64,000 nt of DNA, from sequence record NC_023593.1. One strand, given 5' to 3'. The position numbers were made by a program, and so were the translations under genes. Positions 10,392 to 21,380 of this stretch are shown here, in pieces; position 1 is the stretch's first letter, and each line of letters begins with the position of its first letter. Source of the DNA: Escherichia phage KBNP1711. Under the pieces are notes generated by a model. The model was not told the DNA's origin. It was given only the letters and a program-made list of their open reading frames with translations, and made no database searches.

Positions 10392-11435
10392 ATGTCTCTC
10401 TTCGGTTCTTCGGCTAAATCTAAAGTTACAGTAGCGCCTTCTTCTCAAGTAGATGCTCTGTTACGTCAGATTGTTTCCAATGCTCAAGGAATGAATAACG
10501 GTCAATTTGTTGGTCGTGAAATGGCAGGATTCAATCAGAATCAAAGTGCTGCTCTATCAGGTTTGGCTAACTCTGATGTACAGAAACAATTAGCTGCTCT
10601 TTATACACCCCGTACTCAGCAAGGATTAGACCAGATGAATACTCTGGCTCAGCGTTATCAAAGTATGGCAAATGGTGGTGTTACTGGTCAAGCTGTTAAT
10701 GATTACAGCAAATCCCTGAATAACTCAGCTCTTGCACAAGCCACAGGTAAAGCAGCTTCTAATGTATCTCTTGGCAATGGCTCTGATTCTGGTTCACTCC
10801 GTCGTGCTAGTGCTCAAGGTGCTGCTCTGGCTAGTGCAAACACTAACCTCTCTCGTAGTATAGATGGTAAGAACATGGGGATTAATAACCTCCAGAACAA
10901 TGAAGCTTTCCAACGTGGTATCCTAGGTGCTCAGACAGGTCTGGCCGGTCAGAATCTTAACTTGGGTGCACAAGGTGTTCAGGCTACTCAGCAAGCCATT
11001 CAGAATCAGCTCTTGGCTGGTAATCTGCAACAGCAGCAAGACCAGACTCAGGCTAACCTTAATTGGGAGAATGCTATTGGTAATCAACAGTTCGGTTGGA
11101 ATCAACTCAACAATCAGCTTAATGTACTTAACTCAGTAAGTCCTATGGCTGGGTACACAATCAAGAATGCACAACCCGGTGTTAGTCAAGGACAGCAATT
11201 GCTTGGTGCAGGTGTGACTGGACTAGGTATTGCAGGTCGCTTAGGTGCTTTCACTCCTAATGCTCAGACTCAGAATGCTTGGAACTCTTACAACGCTTCT
11301 GGCGGACAATCCGGTATGGCTGGTCCTATGATTGGTGGGTCTAACCTTTCTAACCAACAGAGTCAAAACAACTGGCTATCTACCGCAGGTAATAATATTT
11401 TAGGTGGTGTTCTTGGGGCATTCGGGGCTAACTAA
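10392..11435 (+). CDS. Gln/Asn/Gly/Ala-rich virion protein
   Basis: 347-aa low-complexity ORF with AGGAGG RBS. Confidence 0.45.
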   Translation: MSLFGSSAKSKVTVAPSSQVDALLRQIVSNAQGMNNGQFVGREMAGFNQNQSAALSGLANSDVQKQLAALYTPRTQQGLDQMNTLAQRYQSMANGGVTGQAVNDYSKSLNNSALAQATGKAASNVSLGNGSDSGSLRRASAQGAALASANTNLSRSIDGKNMGINNLQNNEAFQRGILGAQTGLAGQNLNLGAQGVQATQQAIQNQLLAGNLQQQQDQTQANLNWENAIGNQQFGWNQLNNQLNVLNSVSPMAGYTIKNAQPGVSQGQQLLGAGVTGLGIAGRLGAFTPNAQTQNAWNSYNASGGQSGMAGPMIGGSNLSNQQSQNNWLSTAGNNILGGVLGAFGAN

Positions 11436-11447
11436 GGAGAAAACTTT

Positions 11448-12416
11448 ATGGCTTTATTCGGTGGTGGGGGTGGTTCTACTACCTCCAAAATGACAAGACC
11501 TGACTATATTCAGAGTTACATTGATCAATTAGTTAATCAAGTAAATAACACTAGTTCAGGCGATTATGTTTATCGAGAGAACGTAGGATTTAATAACAAC
11601 CAGAACCAAGCTCTTAATGATCTTGCTCAATCTGGTGCCTTAGGTGCCCTCTCTTCTCGATATATGGATGCAGCTGGTCAAGGGTTAGGTTATATGGATA
11701 ATGCCTACCAAGGCTTTAATAACCTCTCCGGACAAGGGCCTATCTCAGCAGAACAGATTGGTGCTCTTGCTGGTGAACTCTACGACGATGCTGCTGTACA
11801 AGCAGCTATCACTGCTAACAACGAACAAACTCAACAGAGTCTGGCACGTAATGCTCTTCCTCAACTGGCTCAGCAATATGCTGGTCAACAAGGCTCTGGT
11901 GCTCGTATGGCTAAATCTTTTGCTCAGGGTGATGCTCTGAATCAGATGCAGAATACAGCAACCAACATTACTAACAGTGCTTATGACTCTGCTCTAGGAC
12001 AAGCTCAGAACATCCTCTCTGGAAACAGACAGAACCAAGCAGCTGCTCTTAGTGGACTCTCTAACATTGGTGGTAACTTGGCTGGTCTTGGTCAGCAAGG
12101 TGCTCAGTTGTCACAACAGCAATTAACTAATCAATGGGGTGCTGGTTTGCAGCAACAGCAACAGCAACAAGCCGGTTTGGATAATGCTTATCAGAATGCT
12201 CAGAACGCAGCTAATTGGGGATGGCAAGATATTAATAACCAACTAGGTGCAGCAGGTGTCCTTAATGGTGCCCTCGGAACAACCACAACTACTAAAACAA
12301 CTGGTGGCGGTGGTGGTTTCCTTGGTGGAGCAGCAAGCGGTGCAGCAGCTGGTTCAGCGTTTGGCCCTTGGGGTGCATTAGCTGGCGGTGTTATTGGTGG
12401 CTTAGCCTCTACCTAA
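11448..12416 (+). CDS. Gln/Gly/Ala-rich virion protein (similar composition to previous)
   Basis: 322-aa ORF; Gly-rich C-terminus. Confidence 0.45.
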   Translation: MALFGGGGGSTTSKMTRPDYIQSYIDQLVNQVNNTSSGDYVYRENVGFNNNQNQALNDLAQSGALGALSSRYMDAAGQGLGYMDNAYQGFNNLSGQGPISAEQIGALAGELYDDAAVQAAITANNEQTQQSLARNALPQLAQQYAGQQGSGARMAKSFAQGDALNQMQNTATNITNSAYDSALGQAQNILSGNRQNQAAALSGLSNIGGNLAGLGQQGAQLSQQQLTNQWGAGLQQQQQQQAGLDNAYQNAQNAANWGWQDINNQLGAAGVLNGALGTTTTTKTTGGGGGFLGGAASGAAAGSAFGPWGALAGGVIGGLAST

Positions 12417-12430
12417 CTAGGAGATTAATT

Positions 12431-14095
12431 ATGCAACAAACTTCATACGCGTACCTCCGCAGTCGAGACCCACGCAATCAGATTTATGGTGTAAATCAGG
12501 GAGGGGCACAAGCCTCTCCTTATGTTCCTCGTCCTGCTTACCCACAAGCAGATATGTCTGTTTATACCCGTCCTAATATGGCTCCTGCTGGATTAGCTGG
12601 ATTGGTTTCTCAGGCTAACGAAGATCAAGAAGCAATGCTTGGTCCAAACAAACAAATTGTTCAGGGTGCTAACATCCAACCTGATATCCCTAACGAAACT
12701 CCTGTAGCAGCTCCTCAGTCAGCTTCTCCTTTTGCTAACGATGAAAGCATGGTTGCTGCTGGCCTTTCTCCAGAAACTGCTTCTCAAGAGTTCTCAGACC
12801 CTCTGCCGGTAAGTGCTCCTCCTAAACCGTTGGAACCTACTGATACAGAGTTTACTCAAGACCAAGTTAAACAGGCACAACAGGTTATGTCAACCCTTTC
12901 TTCTGGTTTACCTGAAGCTGAAGGTATGGCAGGTGCTTCTCGTAGCGCTGACCAAGAACGTGTTAACAAGGATTTGATGGAAGTGGCTAAGGCTAAGAAT
13001 CCGATGGAAGAGTGGGGTAAGCTACAGAAACAACCTTTCTATCAGAACTCTAGTTTCTATACAGGCTTGATGGGTGTAGGTCTTTCTATCATGTCCGGTA
13101 AATCCCCTATTGAAGCTTTCCAGATTGGCTCTGGTATGGCTGCACAGGATGAGACTAAGAATCAACTTGAAGCTAACCGCGAATCTCTTATCGAACAAGG
13201 TTACTCTCCAGACTCAGTTGCTGCTGCAATTGCTACTGGTGACCCTTCTGCTTTGAAGATTCGTCAGATTAGCCCTCAAGAGAAACTTGCTTTGTCTGCT
13301 ATTGAAGATGAGAGAGCTAACCGTGAATGGGACAGACGTCAGCAGGTTAACGAACAGTCTATGAGTCGTAGAATGGATGCAACTCGTCAGGCTGCTGAAC
13401 AGCGTGCACAAGAACAGTTTGCTCGTCAGAAAGATCTTATCAACTATCGTGATAAAGTGAAAGCTGATCGTGCTGAACAGATGGCTCAGAGTTTTAACTT
13501 TAATACGAAAGAGATTCGTAACGCCCAGAACACTGCTGAAGGCACGATTGCTAAACAGTGGGCAGAGAAAGGTGGTCTGTTTAACCAGTCTCATAAAGAC
13601 TTGGACTTGGCTGATCAGGCAGTTAAGGATAAAGATTATCAGACAGCTCGTTCTGCTTACATGCAAGCAATTATGAACTCCGCAAGAGCTGAAATTGGTT
13701 CTACTCGTTCTCTAACTGAAGAAGACTTACGTCACTTTGCAGAAGACCCTTCGATCTTTGTTAAGGTCGGTAATACTTGGTCTCTGAAAGGTGGGTACCG
13801 TCCCACTGATGCCGCTCTTGCTTATGCTCGTAAACAGGCAACTGTTGGTCACACTTCAGCGATGAAGGGTGTTAAGGATGCTAAGAGGGATACTATCAAT
13901 GCTTATGTGGGTTCTGGTATGGATAAGAAACGTGCTACTGCACTTGTTAACCGTGCTATACCTTCTGGTGGTTTCTATGACCCGCTGGGTACATTTGAAG
14001 CACAGGCAGAAGAGGCTGTTGGTGGTGATGCTACTAATCCACGCCTGAATGGTGCTCTTTCAGCTTCTGAAGATACTAGCTGGTTCACTCAATAA
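12431..14095 (+). CDS. hypothetical virion/internal protein
   Basis: ATG 12431 after taggaga RBS; the track start 12368 overlaps the upstream gene and is rejected. Confidence 0.45.
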   Translation: MQQTSYAYLRSRDPRNQIYGVNQGGAQASPYVPRPAYPQADMSVYTRPNMAPAGLAGLVSQANEDQEAMLGPNKQIVQGANIQPDIPNETPVAAPQSASPFANDESMVAAGLSPETASQEFSDPLPVSAPPKPLEPTDTEFTQDQVKQAQQVMSTLSSGLPEAEGMAGASRSADQERVNKDLMEVAKAKNPMEEWGKLQKQPFYQNSSFYTGLMGVGLSIMSGKSPIEAFQIGSGMAAQDETKNQLEANRESLIEQGYSPDSVAAAIATGDPSALKIRQISPQEKLALSAIEDERANREWDRRQQVNEQSMSRRMDATRQAAEQRAQEQFARQKDLINYRDKVKADRAEQMAQSFNFNTKEIRNAQNTAEGTIAKQWAEKGGLFNQSHKDLDLADQAVKDKDYQTARSAYMQAIMNSARAEIGSTRSLTEEDLRHFAEDPSIFVKVGNTWSLKGGYRPTDAALAYARKQATVGHTSAMKGVKDAKRDTINAYVGSGMDKKRATALVNRAIPSGGFYDPLGTFEAQAEEAVGGDATNPRLNGALSASEDTSWFTQ

Positions 14096-14160
14096 GACCT
14101 AAGTCCTGCCTTCTATAATGTATATAGGGGGTAGGACATTTTTATTTATAAGGAGACGTT

Positions 14161-17100
14161 ATGGCTAACATTAAATCTTGGGAAGAAGCATCGAAAAGCC
14201 CCAAGTATATGAATGCAACTCCTGAGCAACAGGCTCAGTTGAGAGAGCAATATAAAGCGGCAGGTGGTACAATCCCTGAAGATAAGCCAGTACAACCACA
14301 ACAAGAAGAGCGTGGCTTAGTTGGTGAGTTCGCTCAGGGAGTGTCTAATGCTATCGAATCTGGTGGAGCTAGTATTGCAGCTAGTACCGCTCGTGGTTTA
14401 GGTGGTCTGGTTGAAATGGGTGAGAACGTTCTCGGTTCCCAAACAAGTTATGGTAAAAGAATTCAAGATAACGCAAAACAAGTATTAGAAAAGCGTATGG
14501 CTGGTATCGAGGATGGCTTTGGTAAGACTGCTGGGCAGTATGCTGGAGTGGCTGCTGATATTGGTTTGACGGTTGCTAACCCAGCTTTAGCTGCTGGTGT
14601 TATTGCGGGTCGTGAAGCAGGTCGTGCTTATGCAGACCAGACTCCAGAAGAGGGAGAAGACAAGTCAGTGTTAGATGCTGCTCTTGTTGGTGGTGCTAAC
14701 TTTGCAGCTCAGAAGATTCTTCCGGGTTTTACAGGAACATCTGAATCTACTTTAGGTCGTATTGGTCAGAGTGCTGCTTCTAACGCCGTGGCTGGCGCTA
14801 AGGGTGGTGCTCTCGTAGGTGCTGCTGAAGCTCAGAACAAATATGGTGATGACACTACACTTGCCAATGTACTAGAAGGTGCAATTGATGAAGGTGTTGC
14901 TGGTGCTGCTTATGGTGGTGCTATCGGTGGTGTTCATGGTGCGATTAGTCGCCCTAGTCCTCAAGTGTTTGATAAGACTCCTGAGAATGTTAAGACTGAT
15001 ATCTCCGCTGAAGATGAAGCAATTCGTAGTGCGAAGAATGCTGATGAACTCCGTGAAGCTTACTCTCAAGCCGATACTGCTAACACAGCTTCCGCTCTTA
15101 ACCTGCTAGACCAGAACGATTTCCGTATTACAGATGCTGTGGCTATGGATTCTCCAGCTGCTCAACGTATCCTTAATACTGACCAGACTCGTGCTGAGAA
15201 AGCTGCTTCCTCTCTTACAGAGCGTTCTAACATTCCGGGTCTTAATCCTCTTGCTTCTCCAAGTAAGGTCAAGGGTAAAGCTTTTGCGGATAACGAACAT
15301 AACCAGAAGCAAGCTGTAGCAATGAAAGATGCAATGGCTGACTACACTAAAGACAACACCAAGACTCTTAATGATGTTCTTGATAACCTAGACCGAGAGT
15401 TGAATGACCTTCGTGTTCGTGGTGACTTTACTGGTAGTGCTATTGACATTAAGAATCAGACTCGCAATGATCGTGATTTCATTGATGCTTACAAGAACTT
15501 CTACACTGAAGCAAACAGATTCAAAGCTCGTGATGGTGAAGACTTTAATAACTTTGTAGAGAAAGCTACTGAACTACAGAAACTTGCTGACAATGTTTCT
15601 CCAGAGATGAAGAAAGCTATTGGTGGTTTGAAGAAACTCAAAGGTATGCCTGAAGGTTTCAACCCTATCCAAGATGCCTTTACTCTGAACAACACAGCTA
15701 AGCTAATGAGTAACCAAGACCGTGGTTGGACGACACTGACAGATGATGGTTTCCGTGAAGCCTCTTCTCCAAGCTTTGTTATGAATACCCTAGGTGCTGC
15801 TAAGTATGCTCTGAACCGCTTCTCTTCAGAGAGGGCTAGGTCTCAACGTGCTCGACAGCAGGATTCAAATAGTGAAGCAATTCGCTCTTTGGCTCGTGGT
15901 GATTTAGAGGTTGCTCGTGCTCGAAGTGCAGCAGCAAAAGCACGCGAAGAAATGGAAGCCGAACCGGTTGTTGATGACGTCCAATTTAAGACGCAAGCTG
16001 ATGACCAAAATATGGCTGGTTCTGAACCCTCTTCTCCAGCTACTGTGACGGAAGATTTCTCTCCTTCTCCAGCTCCTTTAACTGCTCGTGATTTGGTTGC
16101 TCAAAGGCGTGCTATCCGACAGGCGGAACAACGTCGTGCAGAGGAAGAAGCACAAGCTGCTCAGAATGCTCCAGTTGAACCAGAAGCTCCAGCAGAAACT
16201 CTGCCTACGCGTAACCCTCTTGAGGAACGTAGAGTGCAAGAAGCTGAGATGGAACAACAGCGTGCAGCAGAAGAGGCTGCTAAAGCTCCTGAGACGCCCG
16301 TAGAAGAGCCTACAGCTAAAGCTGAGCCATTACCTGCTCGTGCTCCTAAAGCTCCTAAGGAAGCTGCTCCTGAGGTTAAACCGGCTACTGGTGTAGAGCG
16401 TCTTGCTGCTATGTCAACAGCTGCTCGTCAGGCTACTAAAAACCGTGCTGAACGTTTTGCTCGTTCTCTGTATACTGCCGGTGCTAAAGCTAAAGCTACT
16501 GCGGAAAACTTCTTGGCTTATAAAGGGGACCCGAAAGAGCTGATGCGTCGTATCCGTCAGGAAGACCAAGCGAACAATGCTGCTCGTCATGAAGAGATGG
16601 CTCGTAACCAATTAGCTTCTCAGCAAGGTATTGCAGCTGCTAAGTCTAACCGAGTCCGTTCTGCATTCTCCGATTGGGTTAAAGAACGTGGGCTACCTTC
16701 TGAAATCGCCTCTAAAGCTCTTCGTGCTGAAGAACGTGGATTAGACGGTAACGTGTCAAGTCTAGACTCTCTGAAGCGCAGAGCTGAGCGTATGTATCAG
16801 AAAGAGCGTGATGATGAGTTTGATAGGATGTATCGTGAAGCTCTGGAAGAAAATAAAGCTTTCGATAAGAAAGATGCACCTAAGCTGAAAGATCAGAAGG
16901 CTGAGTTCCAGTCAGAGATTGATTCTCTGCTTGAGAGCGAACCTCTTCGTCCTGCTCAGAAAGATGCAATGCGTAAGATGATGAGTGATTTTGTTGATGG
17001 GAAGTTTAAAGCGGCTGAGAAAGCTGGAAGGGAAGAAGCTTTAGAGGTTGGTCAAATGAAGGACTTGTGGGATGGATTTATTAATACCTACAATCGTGAA

Positions 17101-18582
17101 GTTGGCATGTTCAATAAAGCTAACAAGAACTCTCAGTATGAAGCAGCAGCTAAGCATCTACAAGCTCGTGAAGAACGTCTTACCTCTTTACGTAACAGAG
17201 CAGAAGCTCGTGCTCAAGCGAAAGCTACAGCAGAAGCTGAACGTCAGTCACTCGAAGCTATTGCTGGTCAGAAGACTGAGATAGAGAAGATGTTTGATGC
17301 GTTACCTAAACCTGTCCGCGAGGCTCAGGAAAGCCGTACTCTGAAACAGCTTGCAGCTCACCATGATAAGAACTCCCCTGTTCCTCCAGAACGTTTCCGT
17401 AGTATTATCGAACGTATCCACAACGCAGAGTCTGACTACCTTGATCGTAAGCGTCGTCTCACTGATGCAGAGGAAGATGCTCGTGAAGCTAAGTGGAACA
17501 AGATGTATGAACAAGCAGAGGAGATGAACCGTAAGTTCGATATAGATGCTCGTGTATCTCGTGATAAGAGCCTCAAAGAAGCCCAGGAGCGACAGAATGA
17601 TCTCATGGCAGTACAACGCCAACGTGATGACATTCACAGCCGTCTGGTGCGTTCTATCGAAGATAAGGGCATACCTAAAGCTGATGCTGAAGCATTTGCT
17701 GGTTCTTATATGGATAATCGTTATGCTCTTCTTGAAAAACCTATGACCCCTACCGAACATCAGAATGCTCGTGCACGTATTGAGTCCGATGTAGAGAAGT
17801 TTGCTAAGAAGTATGAAAGCTTGTCTCCTATCGAGAAAGACGTGGTTAAGATTACTGGTGATGTGGAAGGTAAACTGGATGGGTTGGATGCTGAGACTGT
17901 GAAGGCAGTTGAGGAAGCTAGGAAGGTTGACTCTGATATTAAGAAACTTCAGGATGAAGAGTTGGAGATGGAGAAAGTCCGTTCAGCTTTACCTGATGAT
18001 GAAAAGTCTCAGGCAAATTCCGACATTCTGGAAAGCATTAAAAAACAAGAAGATAAGTTTGCAGGGAAGGTTGAGAAGGCATTCTTGGAAGGCAAGGACT
18101 TGAAGGAACTGGCTAGTGTTGCAGAGGTTCTGGATAGGGTTCATGGTGCTGACAAGGCTGGGAACAACCGTAGATTTGTTCGTGCTCTACAGACTGCTGC
18201 TGACAACAAGAAGAAGTATGGTGATAATCCGGTAGCTTGGTTTAGTGCTGATGATTACTCTGCTATTGCTAAACTTGGTGCTGCATCAGCGGGTGGTAAC
18301 AAATCAAGAGCGTTGGAGAAGATCTTTGGTTCTACAGCAGATCAAGCTAAGGCTAAGCTTTTGGGGAGAGATGATGTAGCGAAGATTAGACGTGTGATTG
18401 AAGCGAATCCTGAAATCAAGATTCCTTCTTACAAGACTACTACTCGTCAAGAGTATTTACAGTTCTTGGAGAAGTATAATGATGAGGGAGTGTTGAAAGT
18501 CAAACGTGGTTCTCTGTCTGACAAGTTGGAAAGGAATAAGCGTCAAGCTAGACTTCGTGTTAGAGTTCGCTCGAAAGAGTAA
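14161..18582 (+). CDS. large internal virion/ejection-type protein (1473 aa, Ala/Glu/Lys/Arg-rich, coiled-coil)
   Basis: AAGGAGA RBS; last gene of the + strand operon, immediately before a strong terminator. Confidence 0.5.
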   Translation: MANIKSWEEASKSPKYMNATPEQQAQLREQYKAAGGTIPEDKPVQPQQEERGLVGEFAQGVSNAIESGGASIAASTARGLGGLVEMGENVLGSQTSYGKRIQDNAKQVLEKRMAGIEDGFGKTAGQYAGVAADIGLTVANPALAAGVIAGREAGRAYADQTPEEGEDKSVLDAALVGGANFAAQKILPGFTGTSESTLGRIGQSAASNAVAGAKGGALVGAAEAQNKYGDDTTLANVLEGAIDEGVAGAAYGGAIGGVHGAISRPSPQVFDKTPENVKTDISAEDEAIRSAKNADELREAYSQADTANTASALNLLDQNDFRITDAVAMDSPAAQRILNTDQTRAEKAASSLTERSNIPGLNPLASPSKVKGKAFADNEHNQKQAVAMKDAMADYTKDNTKTLNDVLDNLDRELNDLRVRGDFTGSAIDIKNQTRNDRDFIDAYKNFYTEANRFKARDGEDFNNFVEKATELQKLADNVSPEMKKAIGGLKKLKGMPEGFNPIQDAFTLNNTAKLMSNQDRGWTTLTDDGFREASSPSFVMNTLGAAKYALNRFSSERARSQRARQQDSNSEAIRSLARGDLEVARARSAAAKAREEMEAEPVVDDVQFKTQADDQNMAGSEPSSPATVTEDFSPSPAPLTARDLVAQRRAIRQAEQRRAEEEAQAAQNAPVEPEAPAETLPTRNPLEERRVQEAEMEQQRAAEEAAKAPETPVEEPTAKAEPLPARAPKAPKEAAPEVKPATGVERLAAMSTAARQATKNRAERFARSLYTAGAKAKATAENFLAYKGDPKELMRRIRQEDQANNAARHEEMARNQLASQQGIAAAKSNRVRSAFSDWVKERGLPSEIASKALRAEERGLDGNVSSLDSLKRRAERMYQKERDDEFDRMYREALEENKAFDKKDAPKLKDQKAEFQSEIDSLLESEPLRPAQKDAMRKMMSDFVDGKFKAAEKAGREEALEVGQMKDLWDGFINTYNREVGMFNKANKNSQYEAAAKHLQAREERLTSLRNRAEARAQAKATAEAERQSLEAIAGQKTEIEKMFDALPKPVREAQESRTLKQLAAHHDKNSPVPPERFRSIIERIHNAESDYLDRKRRLTDAEEDAREAKWNKMYEQAEEMNRKFDIDARVSRDKSLKEAQERQNDLMAVQRQRDDIHSRLVRSIEDKGIPKADAEAFAGSYMDNRYALLEKPMTPTEHQNARARIESDVEKFAKKYESLSPIEKDVVKITGDVEGKLDGLDAETVKAVEEARKVDSDIKKLQDEELEMEKVRSALPDDEKSQANSDILESIKKQEDKFAGKVEKAFLEGKDLKELASVAEVLDRVHGADKAGNNRRFVRALQTAADNKKKYGDNPVAWFSADDYSAIAKLGAASAGGNKSRALEKIFGSTADQAKAKLLGRDDVAKIRRVIEANPEIKIPSYKTTTRQEYLQFLEKYNDEGVLKVKRGSLSDKLERNKRQARLRVRVRSKE

Positions 18583-18589
18583 ACAGGAA

Positions 18590-18630
18590 AAGCCCCCAAG
18601 GATATTCTCCAAGGGGGCTTTATTTTTAAA
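18590..18630. terminator. bidirectional rho-independent terminator at the convergence of + and - strand transcription
   Basis: aagccccc...gggggctt stem flanked by an A-run upstream and T-run downstream. Confidence 0.6.
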
Positions 18631-18823
18631 TCTTTTTGTAGGTAATCGTTCCTTCTTTAACTGCCCTCTCATAAGATTCTTTAAACTTACGCATAGCAGC
18701 TATTTTACCTTCTCGGATTTTATCATAATCAGGTTTATCTGTTTTCATGGGTAGTATCCTATTTAAGTTTTAGAAACCATCAAATTCGTCATACATCCCA
18801 GCACTCTTCATTCATACAACCTC

Positions 18824-19078
18824 CTAAATTAAATCATAATATTGAATAATATCTTTCAGAGCAAAGTCACGAATCTGATCTTTCTCTGTATCGTAGGCTG
18901 TCATAATCCAGCAAGGATTCCCGTCATTGTGATAAACGGAAACACCAACTGAAGTTCGGATAGGAATAACGGCTCGGTCTGCAACCTCACCTCTCCAATT
19001 ACGATAGCGAAAGCGAAGAATTTGTTTCGTAGAGACTGGAGCATCAGTTGTTTCCTTTTTTAAATTGTTTTCTAGCAT
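18824..19078 (-). CDS. hypothetical protein
   Basis: Track ORF 18824..19186 trimmed to internal Met to limit overlap with the HNH gene. Confidence 0.3.
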   Translation of the reverse strand: MLENNLKKETTDAPVSTKQILRFRYRNWRGEVADRAVIPIRTSVGVSVYHNDGNPCWIMTAYDTEKDQIRDFALKDIIQYYDLI

Positions 19079-19445
19079 TATTTTCTTCTTGAGTTTTAGT
19101 TTTATGGCAAGGTTCTTTACAAAGCACTTGGAATCCGTGTTTCTCAACAAGTGCCCTCTGAATAATTTCATCCCAAGTAGCTTCATGGTCGATAGGGACC
19201 AGAGGCTCTATATGGTCAATAGCCATTTCTTTAACAGGGTGGTCGTTGCCACACATAGCACATTGATAGTGCATTGCCAGCTTCCCTGTCTTGGGGTTTA
19301 TCTTGCGTTCTGTTTGAGCATCTTTAAGAGCATCGAACATAGGCTTCCACTTCCTAGTCAGAGAACGAATCCCTGACTTGATGAAGGAATTGTATCGAGC
19401 TTCTGTCCAAGTGCCACTACAGCGAGTCTTCTCAACCTTCGCCAT
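19044..19445 (-). CDS. HNH endonuclease
   Basis: CAMCGNDHPVKEMAIDHIEPLVPIDHEATWDEIIQRALVEKHGFQVLCKEPCHKTK contains the HNH His/Asn and Cys zinc ligands. Confidence 0.7.
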   Translation of the reverse strand: MAKVEKTRCSGTWTEARYNSFIKSGIRSLTRKWKPMFDALKDAQTERKINPKTGKLAMHYQCAMCGNDHPVKEMAIDHIEPLVPIDHEATWDEIIQRALVEKHGFQVLCKEPCHKTKTQEENNARKQFKKGNN

Positions 19446-19618
19446 AACCTATATCCATATCATCCTCCTGCCAGACTCGTTTATTAACACGGTGACTAAC
19501 CTTGTCAGCCTTGGGGATACGACCGGTACGTTGATCAAACAGTTGGTGTTTAATCTTCTGATCTTTACGAGTTTCACGGTTAGGTGAAGTTTCATCATAA
19601 GTACGGTAGTTGAATTTG

Positions 19619-20458
19619 TTACCCATTATCAATATCCTTATTCCAAATTTTATCAAGCCATGACCACTCGAAGAGGTCTTCTGGTGTTTGACCTACGAAT
19701 AGGAGACGAGCATTTTCAAGCATCTTTTCTTCCCATTCTGTATCAAACTTCTTATAATATTCCATTCGCACTATATGATAAAGAGTCCACTTATCATTTA
19801 CACCTTGTAAAAGGTTGATAGCGGCTTTCTTTCCAACCCCTTGACGACGGAGTTGTAACTTACCTCCCCACATAACTTCCTCACGTTCACCACAACCGGG
19901 AATGTTATCTGTTCCATCACCAATGAGCATTTGATAAAAGAAGTTTTGCCAAGCAACCTCATCTGATACATAGTGAGGAGGAACCTCTTTCTGTCTTTCT
20001 CCACATGCCCACCGATAGTGCCATCCGGGAGTTATCAATAAGTCTTTGTCTCGTGTACAGATGATAGTGTTCTTGTCAGTTCGCTGTCTTTCTGCTAATG
20101 CATCATCAGCTTCTCTTCCATAAACATCTACATACTCGTAATTGTTTTTAATGTAGTCACCAACGTTCTGCCAGTGGAAAGGTCTTTCTCCCGGAGGTCG
20201 GTTGGCTTTGTATCCTTGCTGCTTTGCTACATCAAAACGGAAATTACCGCCTTCGCTGAAGTAGAAGATTGTCTTTCGACAGCCAGCGCGAGCAATGATT
20301 GTATCAAGTTTGTTTTGAAGTCGTTCAATTAGAAACCCATAATCTACTGGTGTACGTCCTGTATCCAGAAAAGGATGCTCCTGAGTCAGAGCACCCACTT
20401 CGTATCGGAGAACATCAGCATCCACTAGAGCTACTTCAGGATACTTAACGTCTTCCAT
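19619..20458 (-). CDS. 5'-3' exonuclease (T7 gp6-like, FEN/H3TH family)
   Basis: YKANR, TRDKDLL and IGDGTDNIPGCG motifs match 5' nuclease active-site and H3TH regions. Confidence 0.7.
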   Translation of the reverse strand: MEDVKYPEVALVDADVLRYEVGALTQEHPFLDTGRTPVDYGFLIERLQNKLDTIIARAGCRKTIFYFSEGGNFRFDVAKQQGYKANRPPGERPFHWQNVGDYIKNNYEYVDVYGREADDALAERQRTDKNTIICTRDKDLLITPGWHYRWACGERQKEVPPHYVSDEVAWQNFFYQMLIGDGTDNIPGCGEREEVMWGGKLQLRRQGVGKKAAINLLQGVNDKWTLYHIVRMEYYKKFDTEWEEKMLENARLLFVGQTPEDLFEWSWLDKIWNKDIDNG

Positions 20459-20459
20459 A

Positions 20460-20996
20460 TCACTCCCCTAAAAGTTTACGAACTTCTTTCTTGAATGTTT
20501 CATACTCTTCAGGGTATTCAAACCCACACTCTAACATTGCATAGTGAACAACCTTAAGCAAGTCTTGAACCTTGTTCTTATCTTTGTGTCGATAAGCATA
20601 CTTGATCATGTTACATTGCTGGAAATTAAGCTGAGGGTTAGCTGCATAGAATTCAATAGGTTGAATCTTCTTGGAGTCAGGGTCATAATGAGCACCGCCA
20701 ACCATTACATCTAGTGCTGGACTTCTTTGGCTAGTCTTCTCAGTTGTATTCTTAAAACTGACCACAGGAACAGAAGAGTAAACTATATACTCTTCCCCTA
20801 CTGGTGGTTTTACTCTTAGTCCACGCATGGCATATTCAATCTTTATGTCAGCGGAACCTGAAGCGACCTCTTCAATAGATTTTCGATAGCTGTCAATAAC
20901 TGCCCTTAGCATAGAGATTGTTTTGGTCATATCTTTTACTTTCTCATTCAGTACAACAATCTCTGATTCTTTGAAATCGAACAAATTCATTTCCAC
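20460..20996 (-). CDS. hypothetical protein
   Basis: 178-aa ORF; NMIKYAYRHKDKNKVQDLLKVVHYAM resembles a recurrent phage motif of unknown function. Confidence 0.45.
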   Translation of the reverse strand: MEMNLFDFKESEIVVLNEKVKDMTKTISMLRAVIDSYRKSIEEVASGSADIKIEYAMRGLRVKPPVGEEYIVYSSVPVVSFKNTTEKTSQRSPALDVMVGGAHYDPDSKKIQPIEFYAANPQLNFQQCNMIKYAYRHKDKNKVQDLLKVVHYAMLECGFEYPEEYETFKKEVRKLLGE

Positions 20997-21379
20997 TCTC
21001 CAATGATTTCCATATCAAATTTATCTCCTTTCTTCGTAAGGAGTATTGCCGGTTTATCTTTACTTTTCATATACTCAAACATGTGCAGAGACCCTCTTGA
21101 CTCTCCATCCCAGAAGACTATTGCTGAGTCAGCATACTCTCCCATGTCTACGTTTCGAAGGATACCAGCTTTCTTTCCTAAGGTTGTCCAAGAAGGGATA
21201 AACCTTTTAACCCCAAGGCCGTTGTGCTTAGCAACAATCTCTCCGTGAGAGTCTGGCCCTGTTGCTCCTCCTGATACAACTTCAGTGAAGAGCTTAGGTA
21301 TTTCTTTGGGGAGTAAATCCCACATCTGAATAAAAGAAGGCCAGTCAATAGACCGGCTTCCTGCTATAATCACTTTCAT
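20987..21379 (-). CDS. Rossmann-like protein, SLOG/DUF2493-like
   Basis: N-terminal MKVIIAGSRSI and GGATGPDSHGE glycine-rich loop. Confidence 0.4.
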   Translation of the reverse strand: MKVIIAGSRSIDWPSFIQMWDLLPKEIPKLFTEVVSGGATGPDSHGEIVAKHNGLGVKRFIPSWTTLGKKAGILRNVDMGEYADSAIVFWDGESRGSLHMFEYMKSKDKPAILLTKKGDKFDMEIIGEWK

Positions 21380-21380
21380 A

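Noticed and set aside
12368-12430. Upstream extension of ORF 12368..14095 into the preceding gene
   Set aside because: It overlaps the previous gene out of frame and has no RBS; ATG 12431 has taggaga upstream and is taken as the start.
14161-18582. 1473-aa protein as a siphovirus tape measure protein
   Set aside because: No tail tube, chaperone-frameshift or baseplate genes around it; it follows an SLT protein and low-complexity internal proteins and ends the operon, which fits a podovirus-type internal/ejection protein better. Left as a generic large internal virion protein.
18506-18754. 82-aa + strand ORF spanning the bidirectional terminator
   Set aside because: Runs through the terminator hairpin, is Phe/Leu-rich and has no RBS, so it is judged spurious.
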